Assembly: GCA_017650345.1 (NCBI GenBank)
Contig: JAGCFB010000045.1
Location: forward strand, 1 to 47,051
Source: Kiritimatiellia bacterium
GTDB taxonomy: Bacteria; Verrucomicrobiota; Kiritimatiellia; RFP12; UBA1067
Length of the DNA stretch: 47,051 bases
Reading direction: 5' to 3'
Part shown: positions 16,566 to 27,900 of the stretch, in pieces
Layout of the letters: the number at the start of each line of letters is the position of its first letter
Position numbering within the stretch: the first letter of the stretch is position 1
Program-made: the position numbers and the translations under genes
Notes under the pieces: model-generated
What the model was told of the DNA's origin: nothing
Database searches by the model: none
What the model saw: the letters and a program-made list of their open reading frames with translations, nothing else

Positions 16566-17831
16566 GTGACGGTCTCGCTGATAGCGCTCGCGGCACTCTT
16601 CCTCCTCTCGGCGTCCTTCTCCGGGTCCGAGACGATCCTCTTCTCTCTCACCGGCGTCCAGCGCTCGCGCATCCGCTCGCGCTCGCGCCGCGCGGACGAG
16701 GCGATCGCGCGCTGCGTGGAGGACTCCGCCATGCTGCTCTCCACGCTGCTTGTCGGCAACACCCTGGTCAACTTCGCGATAGCGACGATCGGCTACGGAC
16801 TCTTCGACGCCGCATTCCCGCGGTGGGGCGCGTTCGCCGCGGTCCCCGCGATGACCGTGTTCCTGCTCATCTTCGGCGAGATCACCCCGAAGCGCCTCGC
16901 CATGAAGTACGCCGAGCGCCTCGCCCCGGCGTGCGCGCGCTTCCTCCTCTTCTGGCGCGCCGCCCTCAAGCCGATCAACTTCGCCTTCCGCTTCTCCGCG
17001 CGCGCGTTCTCCGGCGCGGTCGAGCGCGAGCGCCGCGCGCTGTCGGACGCCGAGCTCGTGTCCGTCCTCGAGGTCGCGGCCGAGCGCGGCGACTTCGCGG
17101 CGGACGACACGGAGATGATCGCCGGCGTCTTGCGCCTCTCCGAGCTGCACGCAAACGACGAGATGACGCCGCGCGTCGATATCGAGGGCTACGACTCAGA
17201 CTACCCGGACGACGTGCGCGCCGCGCGGCTCCGCGCCGCGAAGCACCGCTACCTGCCCGTCTTCCGCCGCACGCCGGACGCCATAGAGGGCATCATCGAC
17301 GCCAGGACCGGGAAGATTTCGGACGCGCTGTTCGTCCCGGAGCAGGTTACGCTAGACGACCTCCTCGTCACCTTCAGGAAGTCCGGCAAGCCCATGGCCG
17401 TCGTCCTCGACGAATACGGCGGAACGGCCGGCATCATCACGCTCAACGACGTAATGGAGCTCATCCTCGGACCAGGCGTGTTCGGCGGCGGGGCGGACGA
17501 AGAGCCGAAGATCGTGCAGAAGTCGCGCCGCACGTGGATCATCGACGGCGACGTGTCGCTCGACGAGGTGAACCGCGAGCTGGACATAGAGCTGGAGGCG
17601 GAGGACGCCGACCGCCTCGCGGGCTGGGTGGCGTTCCAGGCCGAGCGCATTCCGCACGTCGGGCAGGAGATAGAGGCGCAGGGCTGCCGCGCGACGGTCC
17701 TCAAGCGCCGCAAGCGCCGCGTCACGCTGGTGAAGCTGGAGGTGCTGAAGTACCCCGAGGCGGACACGGACGCGGAGATCATCGCCGAGACGGACGAGCA
17801 GGTCGAGAAGACCGAGGAGGAGAACGAATGA
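16566..17831 (+). CDS. CNNM/CorC-HlyC family transporter (DUF21 + CBS pair + CorC_HlyC)
   Basis: DUF21 motifs GSETILFSLT, LLVGNTLVNF and GEITPKRLA. CBS region with MTPRVDI. C-terminal transporter-associated domain. GTG start. Confidence 0.75.
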   Translation: MTVSLIALAALFLLSASFSGSETILFSLTGVQRSRIRSRSRRADEAIARCVEDSAMLLSTLLVGNTLVNFAIATIGYGLFDAAFPRWGAFAAVPAMTVFLLIFGEITPKRLAMKYAERLAPACARFLLFWRAALKPINFAFRFSARAFSGAVERERRALSDAELVSVLEVAAERGDFAADDTEMIAGVLRLSELHANDEMTPRVDIEGYDSDYPDDVRAARLRAAKHRYLPVFRRTPDAIEGIIDARTGKISDALFVPEQVTLDDLLVTFRKSGKPMAVVLDEYGGTAGIITLNDVMELILGPGVFGGGADEEPKIVQKSRRTWIIDGDVSLDEVNRELDIELEAEDADRLAGWVAFQAERIPHVGQEIEAQGCRATVLKRRKRRVTLVKLEVLKYPEADTDAEIIAETDEQVEKTEEENE

Positions 17832-18475
17832 TCGTCTCCGCGCTACTCTTCCTCGCGATGCTCGCGTCGCTCGCCCTCGCCGCCTTCTGCGCGGGGACCG
17901 AGACCGGCTTCTTCTCCGTCAACAAGGGACGAGTCGTCCACCTCTCGCGCGAAGGCGGCTCGTCCGCGAAGATACTGCAGTCCGCGCTCCAGAACATGTC
18001 CACGACGCTCACCTCGCTCCTCGTCGGCAACAACCTCGCCGCCGTCGCGTTCTCGTCCGCCTCCGCCGCGCTCGCCGCGCGCGCGTTCCCGGACTCCGCC
18101 GCCGGGCGCACGGGATGGTCCGTCTGCGCGGCGTTTGCCGTCCTCTACCTGAGCGAGTTCGTCCCCAAGCTGTTCTTCGCCTCGCGTCCGCTGAGCCGCC
18201 TCGTCAAGGTCGCGCCAGCGTTCCGCGTGTTCTCCGCCGCGCTCTCGCCGCTCACGCGCGTCGCGGTCTGGTTCACGGGGCTCTTCGTCCCCAAGGGCGA
18301 GGCCAAGTACAAGGTGACGATGAACGACCTCGTCCGCATCCTGCAGGACCGCAAGGACGGCGTGAGGCTCACCGATTTCGAGTCCGCCCTCATCTCGCGC
18401 ATCATCGTCATGCGCCGCAAGGGCGAGTTCATCACGGTCGAGGGACTCCTCCGCGCCCTTGACGACGAGGACTGA
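17828..18475 (+). CDS. DUF21 (CNNM transmembrane) domain-only protein
   Basis: GTETGFFSVN, LLVGNNLAAV and SEFVPKLFF match the DUF21 core. The protein stops after a partial linker with no CBS pair. ATGA overlap with the upstream CNNM gene. Confidence 0.65.
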   Translation: MIVSALLFLAMLASLALAAFCAGTETGFFSVNKGRVVHLSREGGSSAKILQSALQNMSTTLTSLLVGNNLAAVAFSSASAALAARAFPDSAAGRTGWSVCAAFAVLYLSEFVPKLFFASRPLSRLVKVAPAFRVFSAALSPLTRVAVWFTGLFVPKGEAKYKVTMNDLVRILQDRKDGVRLTDFESALISRIIVMRRKGEFITVEGLLRALDDED

Positions 18476-18496
18476 CAAATCCCCCGCCGCACCCTC

Positions 18497-18556
18497 GCTG
18501 ATTTCACGCTGATTTCGCGCTGAGAAAAATCAGCGCATTATCAGCGCCAAATCAGC
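18497..18556. repeat. 60-nt nested inverted repeat (3x GCTGA(T) / 3x (A)TCAGC)
   Basis: GCTGATTTCACGCTGATTTCGCGCTGA-gaaaaa-TCAGCGCATTATCAGCGCCAAATCAGC. The arms pair 8+7+7 bp around two internal mismatch bubbles. Located in the intergenic region between the DUF21 gene and comM. Confidence 0.7.
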
Positions 18557-18626
18557 ACCTCCTTTCTCCGCTTTTGCGATAATGGACGCGTTCCCTGGAG
18601 GTCAGGGAGAAAGGACATTGTCGAAG

Positions 18627-20174
18627 ATGCTTGCGAAATGCTACAGCGGAGCGCTGAACGGGGTCGATTCCTCGGCGGTCGAGATAGAGGTCTATGCGGC
18701 GAAGCTTTCGAGCTCGTTCGCGATAGTGGGGCTTCCCGACACCGCCGTGAAGGAGGCGAAGGACCGCGTATCGACGGCTCTCAAGAACTCGGGCTTCAGC
18801 TCGAAGGAGGAGTACGCCGTAACGGTGAACCTCGCGCCGGCGGACGTGAAGAAGGAGGGTCCGATATACGACCTGCCGATAGCGGCCGGGCTTCTCAAGG
18901 CGACGCAGCGGCTGCGCTGCGAGGACCTCGACGACTACGCGCTCGTCGGCGAGCTCTCCCTCTCCGGCGAGGTGCGGCGCGTGCGCGGGATACTTCCCAT
19001 CGTCATGGAGATGAAGAGGATCGGCCGCCGCGCGGTGCTCGTCCCCGAGGCGAACGCGGAGGAGGCGAGCGTCGTGGCGGGGATAGACGTGATCCCGGTC
19101 GCGACGCTCAGGGAGGCGGCGGACTTCCTGGCGGGGAAGCGCGCGATAGAGCCGGTCTTCAACGACATCGCGAGCCTAGTGGAGGCGGACGGGGACTCCG
19201 GCGACGACTTCGGCGACGTGAAGGGCCAGCAGCTCGTGAAGCGGGCGGTGGAGGTCGCCGTCGCGGGCGGACACAACATCCTCATGATCGGATCGCCCGG
19301 CTCGGGCAAGACGATGATCGCGCGGCGCATCCCGTCGATCCTGCCGCCGATGTCCGCCGAGGAGGCGCTGGAGGTGTCGAAGATACATTCCGTCGCGGGG
19401 CGCGAGAAGTGCGCCGGGACGTTCGTCACGCGGCGTCCGTTCCGCGCGCCGCACCACACGGTGAGCTCCATCGGACTCCTCGGCGGCGGCACTCACCCGG
19501 CGCCGGGCGAGGTCTCGCTCGCGCACCGGGGCGTCCTCTTCCTGGACGAGTTCGCCGAGTTCCCGCGCCAGGCGCTCGAGGTGCTGAGGCAGCCGCTGGA
19601 GGACGGGCACGTCGGCGTTTCGCGCGCTGCGGCCGCGTTCGACTACCCGTCGCGCTTCATGCTCGTCGCGGCGATGAACCCGTGTCCGTGCGGATACTTC
19701 GGCGACCAGGTCCACGAATGCCGCTGCACGCAGTCGCAGATACTCAAGTACCAGCAGCGGGTGTCGGGTCCGCTCCTCGACCGCATCGACATCCAGATGG
19801 GCGTCAGCGGGGTTCCGGCGCGCGACCTGGACGCTCTGGAGCCGGGCGAGCCGAGCGCCGCCATCCGCGCGAGGGTCGTCGCGGCGAGGGAGGTTCAGCG
19901 CGAGCGGTACCGCGGACTTAAGGGCGTCGTCACGAACGCGGACGCCAGGAGCCGCGACCTGAAGGACATATGCAGGCTGACGGACGCCGCGGCGGACGAG
20001 GTGCGGCGCACGATGGAGAGCCTGGGTCTTTCGGCGCGCGCCTACGACAGGCTGCTGCGGGTCTCGCGGACCATCGCGGACCTGGCTGGGAAGCGGGAGG
20101 TCGATCAGGAATGCATCATGGAGGCGGCGTCGTACCGCCAGCTCGACCAGACGGGCGGACAGTTCATGCTGTAG
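18627..20174 (+). CDS. comM: Mg-chelatase-like AAA+ protein ComM/YifB
   Basis: Lon-like N-terminal domain (GLPDTAVKEAKDRV...YDLPIAAGLL), Walker A MIGSPGSGKTM, GVLFLDEFAEF, and C-terminal ChlI/ComM helix region. Start chosen at MLAKCYSG. Confidence 0.85.
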   Translation: MLAKCYSGALNGVDSSAVEIEVYAAKLSSSFAIVGLPDTAVKEAKDRVSTALKNSGFSSKEEYAVTVNLAPADVKKEGPIYDLPIAAGLLKATQRLRCEDLDDYALVGELSLSGEVRRVRGILPIVMEMKRIGRRAVLVPEANAEEASVVAGIDVIPVATLREAADFLAGKRAIEPVFNDIASLVEADGDSGDDFGDVKGQQLVKRAVEVAVAGGHNILMIGSPGSGKTMIARRIPSILPPMSAEEALEVSKIHSVAGREKCAGTFVTRRPFRAPHHTVSSIGLLGGGTHPAPGEVSLAHRGVLFLDEFAEFPRQALEVLRQPLEDGHVGVSRAAAAFDYPSRFMLVAAMNPCPCGYFGDQVHECRCTQSQILKYQQRVSGPLLDRIDIQMGVSGVPARDLDALEPGEPSAAIRARVVAAREVQRERYRGLKGVVTNADARSRDLKDICRLTDAAADEVRRTMESLGLSARAYDRLLRVSRTIADLAGKREVDQECIMEAASYRQLDQTGGQFML

Positions 20175-20185
20175 CACGGGGATTT

Positions 20186-20207
20186 CGCCGCCGCGGACGC
20201 GGCGGCG
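20186..20207 (+). terminator. GC-rich hairpin after comM (no U-tract)
   Basis: CGCCGCCGC-ggac-GCGGCGGCG, a 9-bp perfect stem 12 nt after the stop. It lacks a T-run, so intrinsic termination is uncertain. Confidence 0.3.
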
Positions 20208-20254
20208 CCACAAGAACAAGGACAAAACAAAACACAAGGAAAGGAAAAACGAAG

Positions 20255-20860
20255 ATGAACGAACAGGGAAGCATGGCGGCGAAGGCGTCCGAGCCCGGAC
20301 GCTACCGTCCGAAGCTCAGGCTCTACCACGCCAACGGAAAGGGGACCGGCGGCGCGATACAGATGGAGCTGCATCCGGCGCACGACGAGTTCGACGGATG
20401 CATCATGATGCAGGTCGCGGGCCAGATGACGGTCGGGGACCTGCGGGGTCCGAATCCGACGTATCCGCGCTTCGACTGGGACGGCTCTGTGTGCGTGAAG
20501 CTGGACTTCAACGACCTCACGAAGATGCTCCAGGTGTTCCGCGGAGAGACCGAGAGCCTTGAGGACGGAAAGGGGCTCTACCACCGCTCGGTGCGCGCAT
20601 CGACGCGGATAGTCCTCAGGCACATGATCGATCCGCGCCCCGGCTACCTCCTCGAGGTTTACAGGAGCGGCGCCGGGCAGGATCCCGCCGAGGAGAAGAG
20701 CGCCCGCGTGTTCCTTCCGCCGAACGAGGCGCTGGGCGTGTCGCTCGCGATCGAGGACTCCATGGGCGTCGTGTGCTTCGGCATCCCGATGCTCGTCCCG
20801 CACGACACGTCCGCGTACCGCGCGGCCGTTAGGGAGGCGCGCAATGCCGCAGCGGCCTGA
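20255..20860 (+). CDS. hypothetical protein with Whirly/PUR-like ssDNA-binding resemblance
   Basis: 201 aa with a purine-rich SD upstream. The pattern NGKGTGGAIQMEL...GCIMMQVAGQ...RFDWDGSVCVKLDFNDLTKMLQVF...YLLEVY...VFLPPNEALGVSLAIE parallels plant Whirly (KGKAAL...LLLQFAPA...YDWSKKQVFSLSVTEIGTLVSL...). The comparison was made by eye only. Confidence 0.6.
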   Translation: MNEQGSMAAKASEPGRYRPKLRLYHANGKGTGGAIQMELHPAHDEFDGCIMMQVAGQMTVGDLRGPNPTYPRFDWDGSVCVKLDFNDLTKMLQVFRGETESLEDGKGLYHRSVRASTRIVLRHMIDPRPGYLLEVYRSGAGQDPAEEKSARVFLPPNEALGVSLAIEDSMGVVCFGIPMLVPHDTSAYRAAVREARNAAAA

Positions 20861-21278
20861 AGCCGCGAACGCCGGCGTCGAGCACGGACGCTGGGGCGAG
20901 GACGTGGCCGTCGAGCATCTGCGCTCGCTCGGCTACGTCATCGTGGAGCGCAATTCCCGTCCGTGCCGCTGGGACCGCCGGCTGGAGATCGACGTCGTCG
21001 CCTACGACAGGAAGACGGACACGATGGTCTTCGTCGAGGTCAAGCAGCACAAGGCGCACTCGGACCGCGAACGCCGACTGCGTAGCATCGACCGCCGCAA
21101 GCTGGACCTGCTGCGCAAGGCGTGCCGCGCCTGGACGGGGCGGAACCGCTGGCGCGGGGCGCGGAGGTTCGACGTCGTCGAGGTCTTCGGCGAGCCCGGC
21201 GGACGCGCCGAGATAGACCACGTCGAGAGGGTCCGCCTCTTCGAGCGCCCGGACAGGTACGTCAACTGGGCGGAATGA
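20844..21278 (+). CDS. yraN: YraN family (UPF0102) endonuclease-like protein
   Basis: [23 protein letters not shown]...LEIDVVAYD...MVFVEVKQH is the YraN/PD-(D/E)xK pattern. It overlaps the upstream gene by 17 nt. Confidence 0.8.
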   Translation: MPQRPEAANAGVEHGRWGEDVAVEHLRSLGYVIVERNSRPCRWDRRLEIDVVAYDRKTDTMVFVEVKQHKAHSDRERRLRSIDRRKLDLLRKACRAWTGRNRWRGARRFDVVEVFGEPGGRAEIDHVERVRLFERPDRYVNWAE

Positions 21279-21315
21279 ACAAGAAAACCGGCACACAAAG
21301 GAAAGGAATCCGAAA

Positions 21316-22350
21316 ATGGCAAACGAAACGCTGAAGAAGATGAGCTCCGCGCTCGAGGACGTCATGAAGGCGATCCGCAAGGAGTTCGGGGAGATGTCCA
21401 TCCTCCGCCTCGGAGAGGATTCGCGGAAGGACGTCGAGGTCGTATCGACCGGCGCGCTGTCGCTGGACCTCGCGCTCGGGGTGGGCGGACTCCCGAAGGG
21501 GCGCATAGTCGAGCTGTACGGACACGAGTCGTCCGGCAAGACGACGCTCGCGCTCCACGTCGTCGCGAACGTCCAGCGGGCGGGCGGAACCGCCGCGTTC
21601 ATCGATGCGGAGCACGCGCTGGACCCCGGCTACGCGCGCAAGATAGGCGTCGATCTCGACAACCTGATCGTCTCGCAGCCGTCCAGCGGCGAGGAGGCGC
21701 TCACCATATGCGAGGAGCTAGTGAAGTCCGGCGCGCTGGACGTGGTCGTCGTCGATTCCGTCGCCGCGCTCACCCCGCAGGCGGAGATAGACGGCGCGAT
21801 GGGAGACAGCCACGTCGGACTCCAGGCGCGCCTCATGTCCCAGGCCATGCGCAAGCTGACCGCGGCGATCGCGCAGTCCGGCTCGCTTTGCATCTTCACG
21901 AACCAGGTGCGCGAGAAGATCGGCGTCATGTTCGGGAACCCCGAGACGACGCCCGGCGGGAAGGCGCTCAAGTTCTACGCCTCGTGCCGCCTGCAGGTTC
22001 AGCGCATCGGCGCGATAAAGAGCGCGTCCGGCGAGATCGTCGGAAACCGCACTCGCGTGAAGGTCGTGAAGAACAAGGTCGCCGCGCCTTTCACCGAGGC
22101 CGAGTTCGACATCCTCTACGCCTGCGGAATATCGTGGGAGGGGTCCGTCCTGGACGCGGCGCTCGCGCGCGGAATAGTCGAGAAGCGCGGCAGCTGGCTC
22201 AGCTTCGGGTCGGAGCAGCTGGCTCAGGGGACGCTCGGCGCGATAGAGTTCCTGAAGTCCAACCCCGAGGTGGCGGAGAGGATCGCCGCGCTCGTGCGGG
22301 AGACTCCCGTCGATCCGGCGCGCGCGAAGCAGCAGCGGAAGGCGGCGTAG
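21316..22350 (+). CDS. recA: recombinase RecA
   Basis: [16 protein letters not shown] (Walker A), [23 protein letters not shown], and the [14 protein letters not shown] and [30 protein letters not shown] loops. Confidence 0.97.
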   Translation: MANETLKKMSSALEDVMKAIRKEFGEMSILRLGEDSRKDVEVVSTGALSLDLALGVGGLPKGRIVELYGHESSGKTTLALHVVANVQRAGGTAAFIDAEHALDPGYARKIGVDLDNLIVSQPSSGEEALTICEELVKSGALDVVVVDSVAALTPQAEIDGAMGDSHVGLQARLMSQAMRKLTAAIAQSGSLCIFTNQVREKIGVMFGNPETTPGGKALKFYASCRLQVQRIGAIKSASGEIVGNRTRVKVVKNKVAAPFTEAEFDILYACGISWEGSVLDAALARGIVEKRGSWLSFGSEQLAQGTLGAIEFLKSNPEVAERIAALVRETPVDPARAKQQRKAA

Positions 22351-22351
22351 G

Positions 22352-24933
<2,582 letters not shown>

Positions 24934-24944
24934 GGAAGGACGGC

Positions 24945-27900
24945 ATGGCTGATGGCGGCGATGGGCTCCTGAAGGTCGGCGGGAAGTTCGGCGACTACGA
25001 CGTCATAAAGCTGCTCGGCAGGGGCGGCATGGGAGAGGTTTACCTCCTCCGCTCGCCGGCTGACGGCGAGTTCTACGCCGCCAAGATAATGTTCCCGCCG
25101 AAGGGCGGCAACGCCCACGAGATGCGCAGGCGCTTCGCCAACGAGGCGACCATCGCCATGAAGGTCCTCCACAAGAACCTCATACGCGTCTATGACGTCG
25201 GCGAGGACCCCGAAACGCACCTCTGCTACATCCTGATGGAGTATCTGGGCGGCGGAAGCCTCGCCGACAGGATCAGGAAGTCCGGGAGCCTGCCCGTGCG
25301 CGACGCCGTCGGCATAACGATGGAGGTCGCGCTCGCGCTGGAGGCGTCCCACCGCGCCGGGATCATCCACCGCGACATAAAGCCGGACAACATACTCTTC
25401 TCGGACGACGGCACGCCGAAGCTCGTCGATCTCGGAATCGCCAAGCTCGACGACGGAAGCAGCACGACGATGACCATGACCGGCGTCATTATCGGCACGC
25501 CCGCGTACATGGCCCCCGAGCAGATGATGGACTCGCACAACGTCGATGCGCGCGCCGACGTGTATTCCCTCGGCGTCGTCCTGTACGAGATGCTCTCCGG
25601 CACGCGCCCCAACTCCGGCTCTACCGCAATGGAGCTTCTCGCCAAGGCCGTCCGCGGCGAGGAGCTGCCCGACGTCCGCACGCTGCGCCCCGAGGTGTCC
25701 GCCACGCTCGGCTACGTCCTCTCCCGCATGACGGCCGTCAAGGCCGAGAACCGCATCGCGAGCGCGATCGAGGCAGCGAAGATGCTGCGCGACGCCTTCA
25801 CCGGCGAGCTGCGTCCGCCGCTCGCCAGCAAGCGTCCGCACCTCATCAAGACCACGAAGAGCATCCTCCCGGCCATCGGCATCGCCGCAGCGTCCGTCGC
25901 GTTCGCCGCGCTCCTGTTCTTCGCCATACGCGGCATGCGCCAGACGGCGGCGGCCCCGCAGTTCGTGACGAACGTCGTAAGCCGCGTCGTTTACACTAAC
26001 GCCGTGGCGGACGCCAGGGCCGAGGCGGCGGAAGAGGTCCGCAAGGACGACGCCCCCGTGGACGGCACGGACGCCGTGGTGTCCGGCCCGGATGCGGACG
26101 GACTGTATTCCGCGCATGTGGGCCGCTACAAGTGGTTCTTCAAGAAGAACGGCGGCAGGGCGACCCTCGAGAAGCACAAGAACGGCGACAGCAATCTGCC
26201 CTGCATTGAGCCGTGGCCTGTCGGCAGGCTGGTCATACCGGCCAACATAGGGGGCTGTTGCGTCGCCGGCATCGGCGACGAAGCGTTCGCGTACTGCGGC
26301 GACATGACGGAGGCGGTCCTGCCGGACGGATTGGAGACGGTCGGAAGGTCGGCGTTCCTTTGGAGCGGACTCACGACCCTGTCGCTGCCACCCTCGCTGA
26401 GGGAGGTCGGAGCGTTCGCCTTCGCGGCGAGACCCCTCGAGACGCTCGACATAGGAAGCTGCTGCAACCTTGGCCAGCTGTGCTTCAGCGGATGTGGCAA
26501 TCTGCGCAAGGTCGCCGTCGCAAGGGACAATCCGAGTTTCATTGTGGACGGATTGTCCATCTATTCTCGAGACGGGAAGGAACTTGTCAAGTATCTCGAC
26601 TACAAATCGCCGACCTTCAGGCTTCGGCGCGGAGTCGAGAGGCTGCTCACGTATTCAATCGCGGATGTGAAGCTGGACAAGGAGGAGACGGTGACGGTCC
26701 CCGAGGGAGTGACCGACATTCGCGACGTGGCGTTCTGGGGACAGGACAAGGTTCAGACGCTTGTGCTGCCGAAAAGCGTCAAGCGGATCGGCCACTGGAT
26801 TGCGTACAACTGCCCCCGACTTAAGACGATCAGGTTCCTTGGCGATGCGCCGGAGGCGGCGGTGAAGGCATTGCAGGGCGCCAGTAACGAGCTCGTCGTC
26901 GAGGTCATGCGCGGCTCGAAGGGCTGGAACGGACCGGGCTCCACCGATCTGCCGGAGCGATGGCCCGTCAACGCCGGCGACCTTGCATATCCGATCCGCT
27001 ACGTGGGCGAGACTGAGGCGGAGGCGTCCGCGCGACTCGGAAAGCTGGACGCCGCGCTTCCGATGTCCGACGGAAATGCTACCGTGCTGTTTCCCCGCCT
27101 CGACCGCGATTCCAATGCGTGGGCCTATTCCTTCAGCGACGAAAAGGGTTGGACGGAACGCGACTTCGACGATTCCAGGTGGAACCGCGCGCAGGGCGGC
27201 TTCGGGAAGCGGGACGTCCAGACGCAGCTCAGGCACGCCCGCATCAATACGGAATGGAAGTCCGGGCGCATCTTCCTGAGGCGGCATTTCAACTGGTCCG
27301 GCGGCGACGTCTCGCGCGCTGTCGTGGACCTCTTCCATGACGACGACGTCGTCCTGTACTTGAACGGTACGCGGATCCTGCAAGCCGCCGGGGCCGATTT
27401 CGATTGGCTTCCCCGCGAGATTCCCGTCGAGCAGTTCGCGGCTGCGCTGCGGACGGGCGACAACGTGTTCTGCGCCGAAGTCGTGAACAAGTGGCACTGC
27501 GCGTATTTCGATTGCGGACTCCTAGTCGAGTGCGGCGGCGAGGTCGAGAGGCCAGGCTCCGTGTCCGACGGCGTGAGGAAGGTCAAGACAGCGGCCGGTA
27601 CATGGACCGTCAAGGTCGCGAACGGCGCGGCGCAGATCGGAGACGGACAGGGACCGGCGCTCTCGCCGCTTCCGTCCGGGCTCCTGGAGATACCTTCCGT
27701 GCTGGACGGACTCAAGATCAAGCGGCTTGCGGCGAGGAGCTTCCGCGACTGCAAGAACCTCAAGAGCGTGAAGATCAAGGAGGGAGTCCGCGCCATCGAC
27801 TACCAGGCGTTCTGCAACTGCAATGCGCTCGAGTCGCTGGACATCCCCGAGACGTTGGAGTGGATTGGAGGAGAGGCGTTGTCCTCTACCGCGCTGAAGA

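Noticed and set aside
20233-21308. Shared purine-rich motif CACAA(A)GGAAAGGAA, 7-8 nt upstream of the ATGs of the Whirly-like gene (20233-20246) and recA (21294-21308).
   Set aside because: The position and composition fit an extended Shine-Dalgarno (AAGGAAAGGA) rather than a specific operator. The similarity is short and A/G-rich, so chance plus RBS constraint is sufficient.
21230-21315. LexA/SOS box upstream of recA.
   Set aside because: I found neither CTGT-N8-ACAG nor GAAC-N4-GTTC type palindromes in the recA leader. I cannot claim SOS regulation from this sequence.
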